From the IMG/VR virus record IMGVR_UViG_3300037742_000095, positions 1 through 63,311 of that record: a stretch of DNA of 63,311 bases. The stretch is one strand, 5' to 3'. Position numbers and translations under genes: made by a program. This document shows, in pieces, positions 55,914-63,311 of this stretch; the first letter of the stretch is position 1, and the number at the start of each line of letters is the position of its first letter. The DNA is from a virus. Taxonomy: Duplodnaviria > Caudoviricetes. Below the pieces are notes generated by a model. It had not been told where the DNA came from and ran no database searches. It saw only the letters and a list, made by a program, of their open reading frames with translations.

Positions 55914-57851
55914 GTGGCCCTGCTGAAGCGCAAGCCCGCCCAGCACGACCAGGATCCGTTGGGCCTGAACCGGCGCGCGCTGAGCGCGGCTACCGCCCTC
56001 GTCCAGCTGGATGGCACCAGTAGCTGGAAAAACTGGAAGTTCGGCAACAAGGACTGGCAGGTTGAGGCGTGGCGTCTCTACGACGTCGTGCCCGAGGGCC
56101 GCTTCCTCGCTAACTGGATCGGCGACTCGCTGTCCCAGGCCCGGCTCTACGTGGCCGAGCTGGACGAGCGCGGCGAGGAGATCAACGAGACCGAGGACCA
56201 GCGGATCAGCGCGCTGGCCGGGATCCCGCTCGGGACCGGCAGCCAGCGTGATGACGCACTCCGGCTGGCTGGGGTGGACCTCGCTGTGGGCGGTGAGTGC
56301 TGGGTCATCGGTGAGGGTGCCGCCAGCAACCCGGAGTCGTCCAAGGGCGCCTGGTTCGTCGTCACCGGCTCGGCCTTCAGCAAGCGCGGTGGCCGCATCG
56401 AGGTCCGGCGGCCGAAGACCCTCGGCGGAAGCACGCTGGCGTTGACCGACGGCACCGACGTCCTGATCCGCTGCTGGCGCCCGCACCCCAACGACACGGA
56501 CCAGGCCGACAGCCCGACTCGGGCGGCTATCGTGCCGTTGCGCGAGGTCGAGCTGCTGACCAAGCGCGAGTTCGCCGAGCTGGACTCGCGCCTGACCGGC
56601 GCTGGGGTGTGGTTCCTCCCCGAGGGTGTGGACTTCCCGCGGGACCCGGCCGACAGCGCCGGGATCGCGGGCTTCATGCAGTACATGCAGCGGGCTGCCG
56701 CTGCCTCGATGCGCGACCAGAGCACGGCCGCCGCGATGGTCCCGATCATGGCGACCCTGCCGACCGACATGATCGAGCACATCGACAAGCTGAAGCCGAT
56801 CAACTTCTGGTCCGAGCTGTCGGCCGAGATCTCGCCGATGAAAGAGAAGGCGATCATCCGGGTGGCCGGAGCCTATGAGGTCCCGAATGAGGTCATGCTC
56901 GGGATGAGCACGGCCAACCACTGGACCGCCTGGATCATCAGCGAAGAGGGCATCAAGCGCATCAAGCCGTACGGCGCGCTGGTCGCCGACGCGCTGACGC
57001 GGGGCTTCCTGCGGATGGCTCTGACCTCGATGGGCATCCCGAACCCGGAGCGGTACGCGTTCGCGTTCGATTACGCCGCGCTGGCTGCCCGGCCCAACCG
57101 GATTGAGGATGCGGGCACCCTGCACGACCGGGGCCTGATCTCCGATGAGGAGTACGTCAAGGCCGCCGCGTTCGACCCCAGCGTGATGCCGGACCAGGAC
57201 AAGCGGGTGGCTCAGCTGCTCTACAAGCTGGTGCAGGTGCAGCCCGATCTGATCCTGGACCCGGAGGTCCAGCGGGTGCTCGGCCTGCCCAAGATCCAGA
57301 GCGTCGGCCTGCCCGCGACAGCGAACCAGAACGCGGACGGCCAGGACCCGGAGCCAGATGACGAGACCGAGGAGCGTGACGCGCCCAACGGGGGCGACGC
57401 CGATGGGCCGCCGGACGAGACCCGGGCGCTGACCGAGGCGCTCGGAGCCCGCGTGCAAGCGCTTGCTACGCGGCCTGTGCCCGCCCTGCCCTCTCCTGAG
57501 GCCGTTTTCAACGCGGCAGCCAAGCTTCTGGTCTACCGCGCCCTGGAGCTGGCTGGTGGCCGTTTGGCGACGCCTGCCGAGCGGCACGGCCGGTGGAAGG
57601 ACGTGCCCCGGCACGAACTGCATCACTGGGTCGGCCCGATCACGGCTGAGAAGGCGCACAAGGTCACCGAGGGCGCCTGGAACCACGTCACGGTGGCCGC
57701 TGCTGACCTCGGGGTGGACCCGGCCGACTTCCGGGCGCTGCTGGAGGGCTACGTGCTGGAGCTGCTGACCCGGGGGGTCCGGCACCATGACGACCTGCTG
57801 TTCGCCGCGCTGAGCATGGCGCGCCAGGGCCGGGGGCTGGTGGCCGCATGA
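55914..57851 (+). CDS. Portal protein
   Basis: WQVEAWRLYDVVPE, RCWRPHP...ADSP, SRLTGAG, NHWTAW motifs of actinophage portals. Confidence 0.85.
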   Translation: MALLKRKPAQHDQDPLGLNRRALSAATALVQLDGTSSWKNWKFGNKDWQVEAWRLYDVVPEGRFLANWIGDSLSQARLYVAELDERGEEINETEDQRISALAGIPLGTGSQRDDALRLAGVDLAVGGECWVIGEGAASNPESSKGAWFVVTGSAFSKRGGRIEVRRPKTLGGSTLALTDGTDVLIRCWRPHPNDTDQADSPTRAAIVPLREVELLTKREFAELDSRLTGAGVWFLPEGVDFPRDPADSAGIAGFMQYMQRAAAASMRDQSTAAAMVPIMATLPTDMIEHIDKLKPINFWSELSAEISPMKEKAIIRVAGAYEVPNEVMLGMSTANHWTAWIISEEGIKRIKPYGALVADALTRGFLRMALTSMGIPNPERYAFAFDYAALAARPNRIEDAGTLHDRGLISDEEYVKAAAFDPSVMPDQDKRVAQLLYKLVQVQPDLILDPEVQRVLGLPKIQSVGLPATANQNADGQDPEPDDETEERDAPNGGDADGPPDETRALTEALGARVQALATRPVPALPSPEAVFNAAAKLLVYRALELAGGRLATPAERHGRWKDVPRHELHHWVGPITAEKAHKVTEGAWNHVTVAAADLGVDPADFRALLEGYVLELLTRGVRHHDDLLFAALSMARQGRGLVAA

Positions 57852-58014
57852 CCCGGCGTGGTGGCTTGTGGGGAGGAACCAGCTTGCGTGAGCAGGCTGC
57901 TCTCTGGCGCGCGGCAGCCCGGGGCCACGAGGCAAACGGGTCCCGGGCGGAAGCGCTGCGCTGCTGGAATCAGGCCCGCCTGATCCTTGGGCTGCCGCCA
58001 CGGAAAGGGACAAC

Positions 58015-58233
58015 ATGAGCCAGATTCCTGAGCACCTGATCGGTGATGGCCCCTGTCAGGACTGCGGGGATGACAATGTCATCTGGTTCACCGAGAGCCC
58101 GCTCTGGAACCTGGTGATGGGCGGCCCCGAAGCGACCGATGATCCCGGTGGCATCGTCTGCGTCCCAGACTTTGTCCGTCGTGCGGACGCGGCGGGGGTT
58201 CACAGTGCAGCCTGGAAGCTGGTGCCCGCATGA
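58015..58233 (+). CDS. Hypothetical protein
   Basis: CQDCG...W...LWN.V...GIVC. Confidence 0.55.
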   Translation: MSQIPEHLIGDGPCQDCGDDNVIWFTESPLWNLVMGGPEATDDPGGIVCVPDFVRRADAAGVHSAAWKLVPA

Positions 58234-58563
58234 CCTCGCTGCTGACCTTGGACGTCCGGCCGGGACGTGCCCGGCATCGTCGCTCCCCGAGTGCGGACCG
58301 CACCTGGGCCTGGACGGCCGTCGTCGGCCTGGCTTACCTCGGGGCCACGGTCGCCTACCTCATCGTGCAGGTGCGGCCATGAAAGTTCGGACCGGACGGC
58401 GCAATCTGCACACTCTGTATCTACAACTCGGTGATCAACCGAGTGACGATGACCGGTGCATTGGTTTCATGATCCGTCCGGAAGCAGCGATCTTGCTGGT
58501 AGGGGCAGTCAACCAGGACGAAGACATCCGTGAGGCGTACCTGAAGCAATTGGCGAAGCTGCC

Positions 58564-59385
58564 GTGACCGGCGCCTGGAACGGTCAGGGCCGGGACCCGT
58601 GGCTGCCTGCTCGGCTGGATGCCCGGCTGGAGGTGGCCCAGACGGAGCGCAGCATCCGGCGGGTGGTCTGGTCCGAGCTGTCCGGCTGGCTGGTCGAGAC
58701 CGCGCGAGCCGTACTCTCCGGCGGTCAGCGGCCGGACCCGGACGCGGTCTGGGCGCGTGTGCCCGCCTGGCGTGACGCGGTGGACCTGATCCTGAACGGC
58801 GAGATCTTCAAGGCGATCGGCTTGGCGTTCGTCAAGGTGCTCGGGCCGGAGTACCGCTGGGACCAGCGGGTGGCGGTGACGACCTACCTGGCGGAGGTGC
58901 ACAACCGGCTGGTCCGGGTGCCCGAGGAGGTCTTCGCTCTGGTGGCACACCAGCTGGCCGTGGGGGTGAATCTCGGGGAGGGCATACCGAAGCTGCGGGA
59001 CCGGGTTGACGTTGTGCTGTCAACTACCGGGTCGAACCGCTGGCCGAACCGAGCCACGGTGATCGCGCGGACCGAGACGATCGGCGCGCTGAACGCGGGC
59101 CGGACTGAGGCGTTCCGAGTCGTTGCCGAGCAGGAGCCGGATATTGTCTGGCAGCGCCTTTGGCTGGCCACCGACGATACGCGTACCCGGGAGACACACG
59201 AGGACGCAGACGGGCAACGGGTAGGCCTGGACGAGCCGTTCATTGTTGGCGGATTCTCGCTCGCTTTCCCTGGCGACCCGATGGGCCCTCCCCAGGAAGT
59301 AATTCAGTGCCGGTGCGTCCCGCTCCTGGTGAAGCAGGGTGAATCGATCGATATGAGCAATCGTCAGTTCCGGCGTGGCCGGTAG
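58564..59385 (+). CDS. MuF-like minor head protein
   Basis: IARTET, WLATDDTRTRETH, FPGDP..P..EVIQCRC. Confidence 0.88.
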   Translation: MTGAWNGQGRDPWLPARLDARLEVAQTERSIRRVVWSELSGWLVETARAVLSGGQRPDPDAVWARVPAWRDAVDLILNGEIFKAIGLAFVKVLGPEYRWDQRVAVTTYLAEVHNRLVRVPEEVFALVAHQLAVGVNLGEGIPKLRDRVDVVLSTTGSNRWPNRATVIARTETIGALNAGRTEAFRVVAEQEPDIVWQRLWLATDDTRTRETHEDADGQRVGLDEPFIVGGFSLAFPGDPMGPPQEVIQCRCVPLLVKQGESIDMSNRQFRRGR

Positions 59386-59406
59386 CCTGATCAGAGGAGG
59401 GAAGTC

Positions 59407-60822
59407 ATGGGTACAAAGTTCCGCACTCTGCTGGCGCCGATCGGCCTCAGCACCGGAGACGGCCGCCGGTTCGCCGATGGCGGCATCACGCTGGCCGACC
59501 TGCCGATGCCGTTCGAGTGGGCCCGCGTGCGCGAGGGCGGTCACGATGGCGCGGTCGGCATCGGCGCCACGCAGGAAGCGGCCATCCTCAGCGTCAAGGA
59601 CGCGGTGGCCGGAGACTGGATCTCCGCCGAATCGGTCAAGGGCATGGCTCAGGACACGATGGGCGTCTGGGCCAAGGGTGAGCTGTTCGACGACGTAGAC
59701 CGTGAAGCACTGCCCCGGCTGGCCGAGGACGTTGCCGAGGCCATGCACCTGATGAGTGCTGGAACGCTCGGTCCCAGTGTGGACCTGGACTCGTTCGAGG
59801 CGGTGCCGGTGTTCGAGGGCACTGACGATCCCGTCACCTGGGAAGCGATCGAGGCGTACTACGAGGAGCACGGTGAGGAGCCCAAGCTGGAGCTGCTCAT
59901 CACCGAGGGCCGGGTACGCGCGGCCACGCTGGTCAGCATCCCGGCCTTCAGCGAGACCTGCCGTCCGCTGGAGCTGATCGAGGACGACTCTCTGACCGCC
60001 GACGAGGGCCGCGACGGGGAGGCGCGCGCCCAGCTGCTGGCGCTGGTCGCCTCCATGCAGACCGCGCCCGAGCACCGGCCGCCGGTGGAGGCGTTCGTTC
60101 GGCCGACCCTGGACGGCCCGACGCCGATCACCTGGGACTGGGACACGGGCCGGGTCTTCGGCCACATCGCGACCTGGCGCACCTGTCACACCGGCTACGC
60201 CGATGTCTGCGTCACTCCTCCCCAGGCTGAGAGTGGCTACGGCTGGTTCAACCGCTACGGGGTGGACACCGCCGACGGCGGCATGATCGCGGCCGGGAGG
60301 CTCACGCTGGGCGGGCCGCACGCGGCGTTGAGCTTCAGCGCCAGTTCCGCCATGCAGCACCATGACGGGCTGACGGTCGCGGCGGACGTGGTGGCGTATG
60401 AGGACGAGCACGGCATCGTGGTCGCCGGGGCCATCCGGCCAGGCCTGTCCGGCTCCGAAATGGCGATCCTGGAGCGCCGGAAGGTCTCCGGCGACTGGCG
60501 CGAGATCGGTGGCCAGCTGGCGCTGATCGAGGTACTTGCCCTCTCCCCTGGACCGCGTGCGACGTCCGAGCCGGGTTTCCCGGTGCAGACGCACTCGCGC
60601 GGTGGCCGTCAGGTGGCGCTGACCGCTTCGTTCGGCCCGGAGGACGTGCCGGGTGCCGCTCGGACGCTGTCGGTAGGCGCCATCGACATCCAGGGTGCCG
60701 TACGGGCTGCCCTGGCGGAGGACCGGCGTGCGCAGGCCGTGCGTCAGGAGCTGGCCGCCGCGCTGGCGGTCCAGACGAACAGGGAGCGCGAGGCGTTGTC
60801 CGCCGTGCTCGGGGAGGGATAG
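59407..60822 (+). CDS. Capsid maturation protease-like head protein
   Basis: TGDGR, ATLVSIPAF, GRVFGHIATW..CH, SGDWR; synteny. Confidence 0.75.
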   Translation: MGTKFRTLLAPIGLSTGDGRRFADGGITLADLPMPFEWARVREGGHDGAVGIGATQEAAILSVKDAVAGDWISAESVKGMAQDTMGVWAKGELFDDVDREALPRLAEDVAEAMHLMSAGTLGPSVDLDSFEAVPVFEGTDDPVTWEAIEAYYEEHGEEPKLELLITEGRVRAATLVSIPAFSETCRPLELIEDDSLTADEGRDGEARAQLLALVASMQTAPEHRPPVEAFVRPTLDGPTPITWDWDTGRVFGHIATWRTCHTGYADVCVTPPQAESGYGWFNRYGVDTADGGMIAAGRLTLGGPHAALSFSASSAMQHHDGLTVAADVVAYEDEHGIVVAGAIRPGLSGSEMAILERRKVSGDWREIGGQLALIEVLALSPGPRATSEPGFPVQTHSRGGRQVALTASFGPEDVPGAARTLSVGAIDIQGAVRAALAEDRRAQAVRQELAAALAVQTNREREALSAVLGEG

Positions 60823-60825
60823 ACG

Positions 60826-60975
60826 ATGGCGTGCAGTTGCAAGGACCGCAACAAGAAGCGCGAGACGTACAAGGTCAAGCTGCCCGGTGGGCTGACGGTG
60901 ACCAAGAGCAGCGAGGCCGACGCCAAGACGTTTGCTGCCAAGCACCCAGGCAGCAAGGTTCTCAAGACCGCGTAA
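60826..60975 (+). CDS. 49-aa head-region protein (not in ORF track)
   Basis: MACSCKDRNKKRETYKVKLPGG...; RBS GGAGG. Confidence 0.7.
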   Translation: MACSCKDRNKKRETYKVKLPGGLTVTKSSEADAKTFAAKHPGSKVLKTA

Positions 60976-60980
60976 ACGAA

Positions 60981-61017
60981 AACAGAGGGCCCTGGCGTCA
61001 CGCCAGGGCCCTCTGTT
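60981..61017. terminator. Bidirectional terminator
   Basis: 17-bp perfect stem between convergent genes. Confidence 0.85.
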
Positions 61018-61033
61018 GTTTGACAGTTACTTG

Positions 61034-61897
61034 TCAGCAGGCGCCAGGTCCGCCGTAGTAGAACGTCCGGACGTTTCCGCCCGGCACGGGCACGTAGACG
61101 TTGTACTTGGTCGCGTCGGTCACGTTCACGATCTGATCGATGTCGATCGCCGTGCTCGCCAGCGGCGGAGCGCTGACGCTGGCGATGAAACCGCCGGTGA
61201 TCGGCGGACCCGCCCCGGCCAGGACACCCGTGGCCATGTCGGTGCAACCGAGGGAACCGCCACCCGGCGCCACCTCGCCGAACACCCTGATCTCGTCAGC
61301 GCTGGTGAACGTGACGCCCGCACCGGACCAGAGCGTGCCCGGGATGTACCCGAGATACTCGGCGGTACCGCCGTTCACGTACGCCTGGGCCCACCAGGCA
61401 CCGCCGGAGTACTGAAGACCGATCCGCATGTTGGTACCGGCCGTCACCACCTGGCCGATGTCCCAGTTGTCGGTGGCCTGCCCGCAGTTGTTGACTCCGC
61501 CCACCGTGTCACAGTGGACGAAATTGACTCCCGTACCGCAGAGATTGGTCAGCGCATAGCCGCACGGCGTGTTGTTCAGCCAGGCATAGACCATGACCTT
61601 CTGTCCGGCATCACCGGTGGCCTTGCGCAGGCCAACCTCCACGATCTGGAGGTTGGCGCCGCTGCCCTGCAAGATGGCAGCTTCGACGAGCGTGTGCGAC
61701 TCCCAGTCGGGACCGGTACCGTCCAGCGTCGGATTGTGCGCGTTGACCGTGGCGAACAGCCCGGTCGGTTCGGTGGCGCCGAAACCGCCCTGGATGCCAC
61801 CGGCGTAGTAGTACGTGGTGCTGGCCTGCACGGGCTGTCCCAGCCCCAAGACGGCCAACAGTGCCATTGATAGCACCAATGCGAACTTTTTGAGCAT
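61034..61897 (-). CDS. Secreted neprosin-family glutamic peptidase
   Basis: Signal peptide; IVEVG, LGYIP..LW, FGEV, TDMATG, C-terminal FYYGGPG. Confidence 0.8.
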   Translation of the reverse strand: MLKKFALVLSMALLAVLGLGQPVQASTTYYYAGGIQGGFGATEPTGLFATVNAHNPTLDGTGPDWESHTLVEAAILQGSGANLQIVEVGLRKATGDAGQKVMVYAWLNNTPCGYALTNLCGTGVNFVHCDTVGGVNNCGQATDNWDIGQVVTAGTNMRIGLQYSGGAWWAQAYVNGGTAEYLGYIPGTLWSGAGVTFTSADEIRVFGEVAPGGGSLGCTDMATGVLAGAGPPITGGFIASVSAPPLASTAIDIDQIVNVTDATKYNVYVPVPGGNVRTFYYGGPGAC

Positions 61898-61911
61898 GCG
61901 CTCCCTTTCTG

Positions 61912-62088
61912 TCAGGCCGACAAGTGGCCATAAACGATGGCACCAGCGACGCTGGCCGCGATACCAATTGCCGTACCGTAGATGGCGATTGCCAGGCCTA
62001 CGGTCCGCCTGTCACCCCCGCCCGAGGACTTCTTGGGCTGCTTCGGTTGCCTGGGCCGCCGGGGTGGGTCCGGGAAATCGAGGGGCAT
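61912..62088 (-). CDS. Small single-TM protein
   Basis: RBS AGGAG; hydrophobic C-terminus. Confidence 0.55.
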   Translation of the reverse strand: MPLDFPDPPRRPRQPKQPKKSSGGGDRRTVGLAIAIYGTAIGIAASVAGAIVYGHLSA

Positions 62089-62155
62089 TCCCTGTTCTCC
62101 TTTCAGGAGAGACTGCCCGCCCCGGGACTGACCGGGGCGGGGGTCCGATTCGACT

Positions 62156-63226
62156 CTATCCGCCGAGCGCGGTCTGAGTCGGTGCAGATTCGGTCTTGCG
62201 GGTTGCCGGAGTCCCGGTCCGACCGATGTGAACGTCAGCAGCTGCGCGCTCGCCGCTCCGACGACCGGCCTGGGCCTCCGGAGAGAAGTACTTGCGATTG
62301 CTGCGGCGGATCTGGGCCTGGGTGACCTCGGTCGGCCGGTGGCGCCGGCACTTGCCGGTCTTAGACGTGGTCTTCTTGCAGTCCGCACAGTTCGCCTCTT
62401 CCTCGGCCTGCTGCTCCCAGTACTTAGCTGCCTCCTCGTCGCTCATCGGCCGGGCACTCGGGAACTCCGCGTAGAACGCCTTGTCCACGCGCTCCTTGCG
62501 GCCGTGCAGGACCAGCCCGCCGGAAGCCTTATCCACAGCCTCGCTGGCGGTCTGCAGCCGGTATCCCAGCTGCTCCACGAACCCCTGGGCGTATGCCTCG
62601 CGGTAGACGTCAACCTGGATCCCGCGACCGGATACCCGGGGCGTCTCACCGCGCTTGGCGCATTCGGCCATGTACATCTTCTGCACCCGGCCGTGCGCCG
62701 CACCGTCAGTCGGAGCGGAACCCCACAGCATCCGCGCAATCTCATTCCGTTTCATCCCGGAGTTCCGCATGTAGTAGCAGTTCTCCTGGTCCGAGAGGCT
62801 CCGGTCAACCCGGGCGTCGATCCGCGTCATGAAGACCAGCCGAGCGGCGGTGAACAACAGCTCCGCGTAGCGGATGTCACCCTCGTAGCCGACCACGTGC
62901 GCTACCAGCTGGGAGTCGTCCCCGTCCCAAGCCGTGTACTTGCCGTGAGACCGAACGCCGCAGTGGTTCGCGATCCGGCTCCACATCCCCCAGTAGAACT
63001 GGCGGAGCGGGTTGGTGTAGGCCCAGCGCTCCATGATGGTGATATGGTCCATGACCGGCACGGCTGCCGTGCTCTCGGTCGCGATAGCCTGCTCTTCCTC
63101 GATGCGGTACTCCCGCATCATCGCTTCCGCCTTCTCGCGGTAGCTCGCGCGGGCTGCCTCCGGGAGGCTCTCATCCTCGGCACAGGCAATCAGGTGGCCG
63201 ATGGTCTTCGCGTAGTCACGTGCCAT
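62156..63226 (-). CDS. DUF2786-like domain protein
   Basis: IGHLIACAE...EKAEAMMREYRIEE N-terminus. Confidence 0.75.
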   Translation of the reverse strand: MARDYAKTIGHLIACAEDESLPEAARASYREKAEAMMREYRIEEEQAIATESTAAVPVMDHITIMERWAYTNPLRQFYWGMWSRIANHCGVRSHGKYTAWDGDDSQLVAHVVGYEGDIRYAELLFTAARLVFMTRIDARVDRSLSDQENCYYMRNSGMKRNEIARMLWGSAPTDGAAHGRVQKMYMAECAKRGETPRVSGRGIQVDVYREAYAQGFVEQLGYRLQTASEAVDKASGGLVLHGRKERVDKAFYAEFPSARPMSDEEAAKYWEQQAEEEANCADCKKTTSKTGKCRRHRPTEVTQAQIRRSNRKYFSPEAQAGRRSGERAAADVHIGRTGTPATRKTESAPTQTALGG

Positions 63227-63266
63227 GATCTGGTCCCTTCAGAGTTCTCGCTTGGTGCCTTACTGT

Positions 63267-63311
63267 TGGGGCGTGAAGGATTCGAACCTCCCCCGAAGCG
63301 CTTAACGCTCT
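63267..63311 (-). tRNA. 3' part of a tRNA-like element, truncated by window end
   Basis: GGAGG-TTCGAAT-CCTTC-ACGCCCC-A. Confidence 0.5.

Noticed and set aside
55548-58016. Long antisense ORFs (also 2866..4947, 33703..35577, 59020..60945 and others)
   Set aside because: Shadow frames of high-GC3 genes on the opposite strand, with no motifs

Overview
Near-complete, GC-rich tailed actinobacteriophage genome (siphovirus-like, circularly permuted). Gene order: capsid and tail genes (2.1-20 kb); a glycosyltransferase/methyltransferase cluster (20.4-23.5 kb); early and replication genes (RuvC, YqaJ exonuclease, SF2 helicase, a 1495-aa primase-helicase-PolA fusion); terminase, lysis, portal and head genes; and a leftward island with a secreted neprosin-family protease. 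No integrase was recognised. The main find is at 38.27-40.05 kb: a promoter-driven TIGR-Tas-like RNA-guided locus. It has a Nop-domain, apparently nuclease-less TasA-like gene, an uncharacterised partner gene, and nine stem-loop dual-spacer units of the form stem-YCA-N9-CGnnnnCCA-N9-YR-stem. Four of the units lie in frame inside the two protein-coding genes. Other notable items: two promoter-driven structured non-coding regions containing aberrant tRNA-like RNAs, about 20 copies of a sigma70-type promoter with a palindromic CATG-centred spacer, a triplicated promoter-RBS cassette, and two origin-like intergenic regions. All calls were made by eye from motifs; no database searches were run.
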